The notes under the pieces: model-generated | Databases searched by the model: none | Told to the model about the DNA's origin: nothing | What the model saw: the letters and a program-made list of their open reading frames with translations, nothing else | Position numbers and translations under genes: made by a program | Source: Thermoanaerobaculia bacterium | GTDB taxonomy: Bacteria > Acidobacteriota > Thermoanaerobaculia > Multivoradales > JAHEKO01 | NCBI GenBank assembly: GCA_963781065.1 | Contig: CAWAET010000014.1 | Location: 41,321 to 105,320, forward strand | Direction: 5' to 3' | Length of the DNA stretch: 64,000 bases | Part shown: positions 11,061-23,011 of the stretch, in pieces | How positions within the stretch are numbered: position 1 is the stretch's first letter | Layout: each line of letters opens with the position of its first letter

Positions 11061-11525
11061 ATGGCGGGAGAGAAAAAGGCAGTGCCGGGCACGCTCGCCT
11101 CCAACCGGCGGGCGCGGCGCGAGTACGAGATCTTCGAAAAGATCGAGGCCGGCGTCGTGCTGCTCGGAACCGAGGTCAAGGCGGCGCGGCAGGGGCGGGT
11201 CCAGCTCAAAGACTCCTACGTCGAGGTGCGCGACGGCGAGGCCTGGCTGATGGGCGCTCACATCGGCCCCTACAGCCACGGCAACCTGGAGAACCACGAG
11301 GCCGAGCGGCCGCGCAAGCTGTTGCTCAACCGGCGCGAGATCGACCGGATCTTCGGCCGCACGACCATCAAGGGACAGACCTGCATCCCGCTGTCGGTCT
11401 ACCTCAAGGGCAACCGGATCAAGATCGAGATCGCGCTGGCCAAGGGCCGTAAGCTGTACGACAAGCGCCAGGCCGAGAAGGACAAGATGCTCGACCGCGA
11501 GGCGCGTGAAGGGCGCGACCGATAG
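11061..11525 (+). CDS. smpB: SsrA-binding protein
   Basis: NRRARREY..EAG..L.GTEVK..HI.PY..R.RKLLL..EI..GRKLYDKR. Confidence 0.97.
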   Translation: MAGEKKAVPGTLASNRRARREYEIFEKIEAGVVLLGTEVKAARQGRVQLKDSYVEVRDGEAWLMGAHIGPYSHGNLENHEAERPRKLLLNRREIDRIFGRTTIKGQTCIPLSVYLKGNRIKIEIALAKGRKLYDKRQAEKDKMLDREAREGRDR

Positions 11526-11547
11526 GTGGCGGTCGACCGCTCGAGAC

Positions 11548-11573
11548 CGGTCGAGACGGAGCTCGACCGCTAC
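11548..11573 (-). repeat. GTAG-type REP (compensatory stem variant)
   Basis: Reverse complement GTAG-CGGTCGAG-CTCCGT-CTCGACCG. Confidence 0.75.
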
Positions 11574-12049
11574 GACGTCCCGGCCGTGCGCCGCTGCTTG
11601 CGGCCGCCGGTGTCGCGGATGCGGTCGAGGGCGGTCTGGCCGCCGTACTGGGCGACGATCTTGTCGTCGTAGTCGTCGCTGATCGTCGCCACCGCCGCGA
11701 TGGTGCCCAGCAGGTCGTTGCGGTCGAGCGACTTGCCGAGCACCGACTGGGAGAAGAAGACGTCCTTGTCGACCAGCGAGAAGGCGCCCACCGGCAGCTC
11801 GTGGTTGAGCTCCAGCAGGCCGAGCAGCAGGTCCTCCTCGAGCCGCACGCCCTGGGCGCAGTAGGCGGTCACCTGGAGGATGGTCTGCTCGGGGCCGTAG
11901 GCCTCGACCGAGACCTCCAGCACGGTCGAGCCGTAGCCGACATAGAAGTGGCCGTTGTCCGGGTCCAGATAGGGCTCGTCGAAGAGCTCGCCGAGGTAGC
12001 GCTCGACTTTGTCGTGGGTTTGCTGGTGATGCTCGTTCTCGAACTCCAT
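11570..12049 (-). CDS. YbjN/T3SS-chaperone-like fold protein
   Basis: YGST..V.V...LLELN....GAFSL....VFF...D.YDDKIV..YGG pattern; GGAGG RBS. Confidence 0.7.
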   Translation of the reverse strand: MEFENEHHQQTHDKVERYLGELFDEPYLDPDNGHFYVGYGSTVLEVSVEAYGPEQTILQVTAYCAQGVRLEEDLLLGLLELNHELPVGAFSLVDKDVFFSQSVLGKSLDRNDLLGTIAAVATISDDYDDKIVAQYGGQTALDRIRDTGGRKQRRTAGTS

Positions 12050-12123
12050 CGTGACGCCTCCTATGGGGCTACTCTAGCAGGAGCGGTCGCGGTGGCGGGT
12101 CAGTGTCGCGGCGCGAAGAGCAT

Positions 12124-12149
12124 CGGTCGACACGGAAGTCGACCGCTAC
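12124..12149 (-). repeat. GTAG-type REP
   Basis: Reverse complement GTAG-CGGTCGAC-TTCCGT-GTCGACCG. Confidence 0.8.
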
Positions 12150-12210
12150 GGGGGCGGCTTCAGGGGTGGAGCCTGGCCGGGCCACTTTTTTGCTAGGGTC
12201 AACGGTTCGC

Positions 12211-15044
<2,834 letters not shown>

Positions 15045-15048
<4 letters not shown>

Positions 15049-15127
15049 AGGCCGGCCTCCACGTCGACCGCCCGCGGCGAAACGAATCCACCTCGCCCAC
15101 CGTAGCGGTCGACCTCCGTGTCGACCG
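15045..15127 (+). repeat. Two GTAG-type REPs upstream of RAYT (15045-15070 degenerate; 15102-15127 canonical)
   Basis: GTAGCGGTCGACCTCCGTGTCGACCG at 15102; GTAGAGGCCGGCCTCCACGTCGACCG at 15045. Confidence 0.8.
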
Positions 15128-15214
15128 TCCGATCGCAACGCCAGGCGGACTCCACCCCTCCGACCCAGTGAATGACAAGAAGGAACGTACCCGTTTTCGT
15201 CACTCTTCAAGACG

Positions 15215-15556
15215 ATGAAACGGCGAGAGCATTACCGCACTTGGGGCGGCAGCCACGGCAAGAGGCTCCCCGCCAATTCCTATCCACCAAGCTCACCGGT
15301 TCACGTGGTGATCGGCACTCTGGGGAGAAAGCCCGTATTCAGGCCATCCCGACTGGCGAATCAGGTCTTCGCTGTCGCCGAGGGCTCTCAGGCGACCATT
15401 GCCGCTTGCCTGATGCCCGACCACGATCACTTCATTCGCAACGAAGGAGCGGTTATCGCCACTGCCCGCTACATCGTAGGGAATCCCGTTCGGGAAGGGC
15501 TTGTTCGCGATTGGCGTGACTACCCGTACTCCTGCCTGAGACTGGACAATCCGTAG
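15215..15556 (+). mobile_element. REP-associated tyrosine transposase (RAYT/TnpA-REP, Y1 HUH family), short and apparently internally deleted
   Basis: CLMPDH, DHFIRNE, RYIVGNPVREGLV..W.DYPYS motifs; flanked by REPs; lower GC than neighbours. Confidence 0.85.
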
Positions 15557-15682
15557 CGGTCGACCTCCGTGTCGACCGGGATCCGATTCACCACCGGACG
15601 GTCGACACGGAGGTCGACCGCTACGGGGAGGGGGGGTGGGTTCGTCTTGGCGCCGACGGTCGACACGGAGGTCGACCGGTAC
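15553..15682. repeat. Three GTAG-type REPs downstream of RAYT (15553-15578 +, 15599-15624 -, 15657-15682 -)
   Basis: First two form an inverted BIME-like pair; third has GTAC instead of GTAG. Confidence 0.85.
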
Positions 15683-15723
15683 GGTGGGGATGCGGCATAA
15701 TGTCGCGGTAGGTTCCGACGCCC

Positions 15724-17205
15724 ATGCCTGACACCCGTATCCCGCTCGCCGAGAAGCTGCGCATCCTGCAGCTCGAGACCCTCTACGACCTGGCCGTCAG
15801 CCTGCATGCCGACCGTCCCGAGCAGGAGCTGGTGGACGAGCTGCTGCAGCGGGTCTGCGCGGCGCTCGATCCGGCGGCGGCGGTGGCGGTGACCCGCGAC
15901 GCCCTGGGAGCGGCGCGCGCCACCACCAGCGTCGGCTGGTCGGGCGACCCGCCGGCGGGCGAGGACCTGCTGGCCGGTCCGGTGTGGGGCGAGCTGGTGG
16001 CCAGCGGGCAGCCGCTGGTCTGGCGCGACGGCGAGCTCGCCGGCCGCGGCTACGGCGAGATGCTGGCCGTGCCGCTGGCCGGTCGCGAGGTCTATCTGGG
16101 CTATGTCGCGGTCTGCGACAAGGAGGTTCGGGGCGGCGAGGCCGGCGGCTTCACCGCCGACGACCGGCGGTTTCTCGGCTCGGTGGCGGCGCTGGCCGGG
16201 GTGGCGCTGGAAGGCGTGCGGCAGCTGGAGAGCCTCGAGACGCAGCGCGAGCGGCTGGAGGAGGAGAACCGGGCGCTGAAGGACAGCCTGGTGGACGGCT
16301 TCGACGGCCCGCGCATCGTCGCCCACACGCCGGCGATGCGCCGGGTGCTCGAGCGCGTCCAGCGGATCGCGCCGCGCAAGGTCAGCGTGGTCGTGCGGGG
16401 CGAGAGCGGCACCGGCAAGGAGCTGATCGCGCGGCTGCTGCACGTGCTCTCCGGCCGGCCCGGCGCGCTGGTGGCGGTCAACTGCGGCGCCCTGCCCGAG
16501 AGCCTGCTCGAGAGCGAGCTGTTTGGCATCGAAGAGGGCGTCGCCACCGGCGTCGGCGCCCGCCGCGGCACCTTCCAGCTGGCCGACGGCGGCACCCTGT
16601 TCCTGGACGAGATCGGCGACATGCCGCACGCGCTCCAGGTGCGGCTGCTGCGCGCCCTGCAGGAGGGCGAGATCGTGCGCGTGGGCGGCGCTCGGCCGAT
16701 CCCGGTGGACGTGCGGCTGGTGGCCGCGACCCACCAGGAGCTGGAACGGCTGGTGGCCGAGAAGAGCTTTCGCGAGGATCTCTACTACCGGCTCAAGGGA
16801 GTCGAGCTGACGCTGCCGCCGCTGCGCGAGCGCCGTCAGGACATTCCCCACCTGCTGCGCCAGTTCAGCTTGGAGTTCTGCCGCCGCGAGGGGCTGCAGC
16901 AGCCGGGGTTCGACAGTGAGGCGCTGGCGCTGATGATGGCCCATGACTGGCCGGGCAACGTGCGCGAGTTGCAGAACCTGGTCGAGGCGGCGATCTCGCT
17001 GGCCGAGGGCCGGGTCGACGCGGCCCTGGTCGGCTCGCTGATGGGCGGCGCGACGCCGGCGCCCGGCGGGCCCGAGCCGCTCGAGCTGGCGGCGGTGGAG
17101 CGGCGGCACATCCAGCGGGTGCTGCGGATGGCGGACGGCAACAAAAGCCGGGCGGCCGGCCTGCTGGGCATCGACCGGCGCACGTTGCAGCGGCGGGGCT
17201 TCTAG
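15724..17205 (+). CDS. GAF-containing sigma54-dependent activator (AAA+, Fis-type HTH)
   Basis: GESGTGKE, NCGALPESLLESELFG, GVATGV in place of GAFTGA, LFLDEIGD, FREDLYYRL, WPGNVRELQN, GNKSRAAGLLGI. Confidence 0.92.
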   Translation: MPDTRIPLAEKLRILQLETLYDLAVSLHADRPEQELVDELLQRVCAALDPAAAVAVTRDALGAARATTSVGWSGDPPAGEDLLAGPVWGELVASGQPLVWRDGELAGRGYGEMLAVPLAGREVYLGYVAVCDKEVRGGEAGGFTADDRRFLGSVAALAGVALEGVRQLESLETQRERLEEENRALKDSLVDGFDGPRIVAHTPAMRRVLERVQRIAPRKVSVVVRGESGTGKELIARLLHVLSGRPGALVAVNCGALPESLLESELFGIEEGVATGVGARRGTFQLADGGTLFLDEIGDMPHALQVRLLRALQEGEIVRVGGARPIPVDVRLVAATHQELERLVAEKSFREDLYYRLKGVELTLPPLRERRQDIPHLLRQFSLEFCRREGLQQPGFDSEALALMMAHDWPGNVRELQNLVEAAISLAEGRVDAALVGSLMGGATPAPGGPEPLELAAVERRHIQRVLRMADGNKSRAAGLLGIDRRTLQRRGF

Positions 17206-17441
17206 CGATATCGGAGCGGTCCCGAGTTGGCACTGCGGCTAAGTGTCGCAATCGCGGCAAACTGTCGCTTTTGCCTATGAATGAAGCTTTCAAAGGGCTT
17301 TTTCGAGCGATTCAGGAGGCTGGTGGAGGATGTATGCGGCGTTATGCCGCAGTCGACGTTCGAGCCATCCGGGCTGGCGGCTTGGGCGCAAACCGTTCTC
17401 CCCATGGAGGTTACGGTCGCCGATGCGGGCCCGTTCGAGCC

Positions 17442-17457
17442 TGGCAGCGCTCTTGCT
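17442..17457 (+). promoter_or_regulatory. Sigma54 (-24/-12) promoter
   Basis: TGGCAGCGCTCTTGCT = GG-N10-GC; followed by GGAGG (17476) and ATG (17486). Confidence 0.7.
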
Positions 17458-17485
17458 CTTGACTTGGGCGTTCCCGGAGGTACGG

Positions 17486-17641
17486 ATGCTCGAAGCGATT
17501 CGAAAAGCGGTAGTGCTGCCCCACCTCTCGCCCCAGGTGTTGATCGCGACGGTCACCTTCGCGGCCTTTGGTTGGCTGCTCGTCAACGACCTGATCCGGC
17601 CTCTGGCGGTGCTCTTGCTGCAGCTGTACCTGGCGTTCTGA
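17486..17641 (+). CDS. Small (51 aa) hydrophobic protein
   Basis: MLEAIRKAVVLPHLSPQVLIATVTFAAFGWLLVNDLIRPLAVLLLQLYLAF; good RBS and sigma54 promoter upstream. Confidence 0.55.
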   Translation: MLEAIRKAVVLPHLSPQVLIATVTFAAFGWLLVNDLIRPLAVLLLQLYLAF

Positions 17642-17813
17642 GCTGCCGGGCGGAGATAGGAACCGGACGAGGCCGGCCAGCCGCTGGTCGTCGCCGGTCG
17701 ATGAGACACGAGCCTTTGCATGATCGCGCGCAACTGCCCCGGCGAACCGCGCCCGGGCGCTTCCCTCCGGCCGTGCTCGACGGCCGGCTGCTGCTAAGCT
17801 CCGGGACCTGGCG

Positions 17814-18266
17814 ATGATGGACCTGGCGGTTCTCAGGCAGGTGACGCTGACCCTGCCCATGCTCCCCGACATGGAGATCGCGGCCAGCAAGACCGCCACG
17901 GCGATGGCTGAGTTCATCGACATGAGCCCCGATAGAATCGACGAGGTCCGCATGGCCGTGGTCGAGGCCTGCATCAACGCCATCGAGCACAGCGGCGCGC
18001 CGGACCGCAAGGTCCACATCACGTTCTCGATCCTGGGGGATCCGCTGCCCGAGAAGTTGTTGATCGAGATCTCCGACCTGGGTGTCGGCTTCACGCCGGA
18101 CGAGGTGGAAGTGCCGAAGATCGAGGAGAAGCTGAAAGCGAACCGCAAACGCGGCTGGGGCCTGAAGATCATCGAGGGCCTCATGGACGAGGTAGAAGTC
18201 GAAACGGGCAGCCAGGGGACCACCGTGAGGATGATCAAGTCCCGGCAGCCGGAGAGAGCGTCATGA
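17814..18266 (+). CDS. RsbW-like anti-sigma factor/serine kinase
   Basis: EVRMAVVEACINAIEH, DLGVGF, RGWGLKII..LMDEV, GTTVRM. Confidence 0.9.
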   Translation: MMDLAVLRQVTLTLPMLPDMEIAASKTATAMAEFIDMSPDRIDEVRMAVVEACINAIEHSGAPDRKVHITFSILGDPLPEKLLIEISDLGVGFTPDEVEVPKIEEKLKANRKRGWGLKIIEGLMDEVEVETGSQGTTVRMIKSRQPERAS

Positions 18267-18619
18267 TGACGGAAGCTTTGAAGGTCCGATTGGATCTGCG
18301 CGACGAGCTGGCGGTGATCTACACCGAGGGCTACATCAACAACCAGGGCGGCGAGGAGATCGCGCGAGTCGCCGACGAGGCCATGCAGCAGGGACGCAAG
18401 CGTGTGCTGCTGAACCTGGCGGGGACCAAGATCGTCAACTCGATCGGCATCTCGATCCTGATCGAGATCATCGAGAAGATGCTCGAGATCGAGGGCAAGC
18501 TGGCCTTCTGCAACCTGACTCCCACCATCGAGAAGACCTTCAACATCATGGGACTGACCCAGTACGCCGACATCCACGCCGACGAGACGTCCGCCGTGCG
18601 CCACATCGTCGGCAGCTGA
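18263..18619 (+). CDS. STAS domain anti-anti-sigma factor (RsbV-like)
   Basis: VLLNL...IVNSIGISIL (phospho-Ser site), F.IMGL. Confidence 0.9.
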   Translation: MMTEALKVRLDLRDELAVIYTEGYINNQGGEEIARVADEAMQQGRKRVLLNLAGTKIVNSIGISILIEIIEKMLEIEGKLAFCNLTPTIEKTFNIMGLTQYADIHADETSAVRHIVGS

Positions 18620-18624
18620 TCGCG

Positions 18625-20199
18625 ATGCCAGGACCGGCGGCGACGATGGACGAGACGGCGAGTTGGCAGAGCCTGCTCGGCCTCGACGCCTGCCTGCCCG
18701 GCGAGGAGGCGATCGTCTCCGCTCTGCTCGAACGGCTGCGCCGCGGAGCCGGCTGGAGCCGGGCCGGCCTGTACCTCGACGGCACGGACGGGCGGAGCCG
18801 GCGGCTGGCGACCGGCGGCGGCGAGCTGCCGATCTTGGCCGCCGATGCCGGCGACGACCTGTCGAGCCTCGCGCTGCCAGGCGCGCGGCTGCTCTACGCT
18901 CCGGGCGCCGACTGCCGGCCGCCGGAGCCGGACGCGCTGCTTGCCCTGGTCGCCGCCACCGACGCCTGGCGCCTGCGCCAGGAGCTCGACCGTGAGCGCT
19001 TCGCGGTCAGCTATCAAGGTGTCGGCGTCGAGGGCCTCTACGACGTTGGCCTGGCGATCGCGTCGACGCTGGATTTCGACCAGCTCTGCGACGAGATCCT
19101 GCTGCGGGCGGTGTCCCTGCTCGACGCTCGCGGCGGCTCCCTCTACCTGCTCGAAGGCGAGCGCTATCGCCTGATCCAGACCCTGGGCGGTGCCGGCCAG
19201 GCGACCGTGGCGCGCGACGACCCGGCGGTCGCGGCGCTGCTCGCCGGCCACCAGGAGGCCGGCGAGGGCCTGCTGCCGGGCGCTCGCCACGTGCTGGCGG
19301 TGCCGATCCAGATCGACGCCGAGCTGCGCGGGCTGCTGATGGTCGCCGACAAGGAGAGCCGCCGCGGCGTCGGACCCTTCCCGGCGACCGAGAGCCGTAC
19401 GCTGGCCCTGTTTGCCAACCAGGCGGCCGTCGCGCTCGAGGTCGCGCGGCTGCATCGCGATGCGCTGGAGAAGGAGCGGCTCGAGCGGGAGATCCAGATT
19501 GCCGCCGACATCCAGCGCCGGCTGCTGCCCACCAGATACCCGGAGGTCGAGGGGTTCGAGCTCGTCGGCTGGAGCCGTCCGGCGCGCCACGTCGGCGGCG
19601 ACTACTACAACCTGCTGGCCCGTCCCGGCGGCCGGTTGGCGGCGGTGGTGGCCGACGTCAGCGGCAAGGGCATGCCGGCGGCGCTCATGGTCTCCACCGC
19701 CCACTCGGCGCTCAACCTGCTGCTCGACCGCTCCGAGGTCGACGCGGACCTGGTCGAGCGGCTGAACCGGCACATCCTGGACACCAGCGCGCCGAACAAG
19801 TTCATCACCCTGCTGCTGGCCGAGCTCGATCCGCCCACCGGCAGCGTGCGCTACGTCAACGCCGGCCACAACCCCGGGCTGCTGGTGCGGGCCGGCGGCG
19901 AGGTGGAGGAGCTGGCGCCGGGCGGCCTGCCCCTGGGCATGTTCCCGGGCAGCTACCGCGACGCGCGGGTCGAGCTGGGACGCGGAGACCTGCTCTGCCT
20001 GTTCAGCGACGGCATCACCGAGGCGGAGGAGCCCGGCGGCGAGGAGTTCGGTCCGGCGCGGCTGACCGATCTACTGCGCCAGCGCGCCAAGGAGCCGCTG
20101 GACGAGCTGGTCGCCGGCATCGACGCCGCCGGGCTCGGCTTTGCCGCCGGCGCCGACCAGGCCGACGACCAGACCCTGGTCCTGCTGCGGCGGCAGTAG
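18625..20199 (+). CDS. GAF + SpoIIE/PP2C phosphatase (RsbU-like)
   Basis: IQRRLLP, VGGDYY, ADVSGKGMPAALM, NAGHNP, FSDGITEA, DDQT. Confidence 0.92.
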   Translation: MPGPAATMDETASWQSLLGLDACLPGEEAIVSALLERLRRGAGWSRAGLYLDGTDGRSRRLATGGGELPILAADAGDDLSSLALPGARLLYAPGADCRPPEPDALLALVAATDAWRLRQELDRERFAVSYQGVGVEGLYDVGLAIASTLDFDQLCDEILLRAVSLLDARGGSLYLLEGERYRLIQTLGGAGQATVARDDPAVAALLAGHQEAGEGLLPGARHVLAVPIQIDAELRGLLMVADKESRRGVGPFPATESRTLALFANQAAVALEVARLHRDALEKERLEREIQIAADIQRRLLPTRYPEVEGFELVGWSRPARHVGGDYYNLLARPGGRLAAVVADVSGKGMPAALMVSTAHSALNLLLDRSEVDADLVERLNRHILDTSAPNKFITLLLAELDPPTGSVRYVNAGHNPGLLVRAGGEVEELAPGGLPLGMFPGSYRDARVELGRGDLLCLFSDGITEAEEPGGEEFGPARLTDLLRQRAKEPLDELVAGIDAAGLGFAAGADQADDQTLVLLRRQ

Positions 20200-20232
20200 C
20201 CCGGCCCGCGGTCTTGGGCCGGCGCGAGGACC

Positions 20233-21558
20233 TCAGCCCAGGCCGATGGCCATGGCCGGCGCCGAGATGCCGCCCAGGTAGCCGGTGACGTCCAGCGACC
20301 GGCTGGGAGTCGCGCCGATTCCCCGGACGCTGGCCAAAGTCCGCACCAGGCTGGCCTGCCAGATCCGATCGGGGAGCGGCTCGGCCAGGCGGCCGTCGCG
20401 AATTCGCCGCAGACCGCCGAGAACCGCCCGGATCTGCAGCCGGCGGGGCTCGAAGCACTCGAGCGATCCCAGCTGCCCAACCCAGATGCCGCCGTCGGCC
20501 AGCCCCAGCAGGGCGTCGTCGGGATGCTCGCCGGACAGCAGGAAGAGGTTCTCGGCGCGGGCGTCGGCGCCGCCGATGGCATGCGCCGTAGGCTGCAGCC
20601 CGAGGACGGCGGCCTGCCGCTGGTCGAGCGCCGGCGTCCGCGGGATGCCCTCCCCGATCAGCTCGACCCGCCGCTTGGGGGCGCCCTCGAGATCGAACGG
20701 GAACGGCAGGCCGAGCGGGTCGGTGGCGTCGTCGACCAGGCCGATGGCGCGGTCGAAGACCTGGACTCCGAGATGCTCGCGCAGCAGCGAGCCGCCCTCG
20801 TAGTAGGCGGCGGCGGAGAGCGCCTCGCGGTTGAGCAGGTCGACCAGGCCGGCGGTGGCCTCGGGCGACAGGACCGCGGCATCGACCTCGGCCGGCGGCT
20901 TGCCCATCTCCGTCCCGCCGCGGCGCGCGCGGGCGCGCTCGAAGACCGCCGCCACCGGCAGCGTCTCGAGGGTGCGGGCCGCGTCCACCGCCAGGCCGCG
21001 GCCCGGTCCGCCGCCGGCGCGGACGGCGAGCTCGATGGCGCTGACCGAGACGCCGCGGCGCAGGCCGCGGCTGCTGTAGACCGCCACCCGCGCGTCGGCC
21101 CAGCGCAACCGGACGCTCTCCGAGCCGCGCGGCCGCCCGCCGGCCAGGCCGGCGACGGCAGCCTCGTCGAGCGCCGCGATCTTCTCGTCGCGCAGGCCGG
21201 CCAACCGAGGCAGCGCGCCGTCGTCGGGCGGCAGGTGGGGCAGCCCGGGCAGCGGCTCGCGGCTGCGCGATTGGGCGACCGCCGCCCGCACCGCGTTATC
21301 GAGGTCGCCGGCCGTCGCGGCGCCGGTGCGGTGGCTGCCGACCCGGCCGCGGTCGATCACCCGCACCAGGACCGTGAGCTCGCGGCGGCGCTCGATCTCC
21401 GGCCCGCCGCGGCCGATCCGGGCGCGCCCCCGCCAGGCCTCGAGCCAGACGAGCTCGGTCTCGTCGGCGGCCGAGCGCCCCAGGGCGCCCTCGAACAGGG
21501 CGGTGATCCGCTTTCTCGGGGTCAGGCGGCGCGGGGCGTCGGATCGTGGCATCGGCAC
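20233..21558 (-). CDS. TldD/PmbA (TldE-like) family protein
   Basis: VRVIDRGRVG, DDATDP.GLPFPFDLEG, TAHA, IRDGRL; no HExxxH seen. Confidence 0.75.
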   Translation of the reverse strand: MPMPRSDAPRRLTPRKRITALFEGALGRSAADETELVWLEAWRGRARIGRGGPEIERRRELTVLVRVIDRGRVGSHRTGAATAGDLDNAVRAAVAQSRSREPLPGLPHLPPDDGALPRLAGLRDEKIAALDEAAVAGLAGGRPRGSESVRLRWADARVAVYSSRGLRRGVSVSAIELAVRAGGGPGRGLAVDAARTLETLPVAAVFERARARRGGTEMGKPPAEVDAAVLSPEATAGLVDLLNREALSAAAYYEGGSLLREHLGVQVFDRAIGLVDDATDPLGLPFPFDLEGAPKRRVELIGEGIPRTPALDQRQAAVLGLQPTAHAIGGADARAENLFLLSGEHPDDALLGLADGGIWVGQLGSLECFEPRRLQIRAVLGGLRRIRDGRLAEPLPDRIWQASLVRTLASVRGIGATPSRSLDVTGYLGGISAPAMAIGLG

Positions 21559-21562
21559 CCTC

Positions 21563-22864
21563 TCAGCTCGCGGCGGCGATCGGCACCGCCAGCGGCGTGG
21601 CGAGCAGCCCGCGCTCGCTGGCGCCGGCGATCCGCACCGGCTGCAGCCCCCGGGCGGGGCTGGCGGCGCCGCCGTCAGCCGAGACGACCCGCAGGTAGTT
21701 GTCGGTCGTGCCCTGCCAGCGACCCTCGCGCCGCCTCTCCCAAAGCGCCTCGGTGACGGCGCCGATTTGGCCGCGCTCGAAGCGCCGCCGGCCGTCGCGG
21801 GCCACCTCCAGCAGCGCCGCCATCCGCCGGCGCTTGACCGCGTCCGGCAGCTGGTTCGGCATCGCCGCCGCCGCGGTGCCCGGCCGGACCGAGAACGGGA
21901 AGGCGTGCAGCCGGGCGAACTCCAGCCGGCGGCAGAGCTCCAGGCTGCGCTCGAACTCGCCGTCGGTCTCGCCCGGGAAGCCGGCGATCACGTCGGTGGT
22001 CACCGCGACCCCCGGCACCGCGGCGCGGATCTCCCGCACCAGCCCGGCAAAGCGGCGGCCGTCGTAGGGGCGCCGCATGCGCTTGAGCGTCGCGTCGCAG
22101 CCGCTCTGCAGCGACAGGTGGACGTGACGGCAGAGGCGGCCGCCGGCGAACAGCTCGAGCAGCCGGGGATCGAACTGCCAGGGGGCGATCGAGGTCAGCC
22201 GCAGCCGCGGCACTTCGGTCTCGGCCAGCAGCCGAGCGACCAGCTCGTACAGTCCGGTCGCGCCGTCGCGGTAGGAGGAGATCTGGACGCCGGTGACGAC
22301 GACCTCGGCAAAGCCGCCCGCCGCCAGCGCCGCGACCTCGCGCACGACCTCGTCCGCCGGGCGGCTGCGCTGGCGACCGCGGGTCGCGGGAATGACGCAG
22401 AAGGCGCAGGCCATGTCGCAGCCGTCCTCGATCTTGACCAGGGCGCGGGAGTTGCCGAAGGCGAGCGGCACGTAGGGCACCGGCGCCGGCCCCTCGGCGC
22501 CCAGGACGGCGGCCTCGGGGAAGGCCTCGTGCACCCGTTCCACCAGCAGCTCCTTCTCGTGGTTGGGGACCACCAGGTCGACCCCGGCCAGGGCCGCCGC
22601 GCCTTGCGGGTCGGCGGCCACGTGGCAGCCGGTCAGCACCGTCCGCACCCGCCGCTCGAGCCGGCCGCCGCGCCGCGCCGCCTTGCGCGAATCGCGCGCT
22701 GCCACGTGGGTCACGGTGCAGCTGTTGACGACGTGCAGGTCGGCTTCCTCCAGGGTGGGCACCAGCCGGTGGCCGGCGGCGGCGAAGCGCCGCGCCAGCG
22801 CCTCCGATTCGGCCTGGTTGAGCTTGCAGCCCAGATTGGTCAGATGGACCCGCACGGACGGCAT
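21563..22864 (-). CDS. MtaB/MiaB-family radical SAM methylthiotransferase
   Basis: LGCKLNQAES, NSCTVT, KIEDGCDMACAFCVIP, HLSLQSG, DVIAGFPGET; most like MtaB. Confidence 0.9.
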   Translation of the reverse strand: MPSVRVHLTNLGCKLNQAESEALARRFAAAGHRLVPTLEEADLHVVNSCTVTHVAARDSRKAARRGGRLERRVRTVLTGCHVAADPQGAAALAGVDLVVPNHEKELLVERVHEAFPEAAVLGAEGPAPVPYVPLAFGNSRALVKIEDGCDMACAFCVIPATRGRQRSRPADEVVREVAALAAGGFAEVVVTGVQISSYRDGATGLYELVARLLAETEVPRLRLTSIAPWQFDPRLLELFAGGRLCRHVHLSLQSGCDATLKRMRRPYDGRRFAGLVREIRAAVPGVAVTTDVIAGFPGETDGEFERSLELCRRLEFARLHAFPFSVRPGTAAAAMPNQLPDAVKRRRMAALLEVARDGRRRFERGQIGAVTEALWERRREGRWQGTTDNYLRVVSADGGAASPARGLQPVRIAGASERGLLATPLAVPIAAAS

Positions 22865-23011
22865 TCTAGTGGCCGGCGAGCGGCCGCGCAGCCCGGGGGC
22901 CGGCGCCTTGTCAGCCGCCGACGGCTGTACTAGCATCCAGGAACTTTCTGGCACCGGGGTCGGGACGGGCGCGACGAACCAAGATCAGCCGATGCGCCGG
23001 TCCGGCTGCCG

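Noticed and set aside
10980-11570. tmRNA next to smpB
   Set aside because: No tRNA-like ends and no room in the flanking gaps
17228-17244. Second sigma54 promoter (TTGGCACTGCGGCTAAG)
   Set aside because: Lacks the -12 GC at the required spacing
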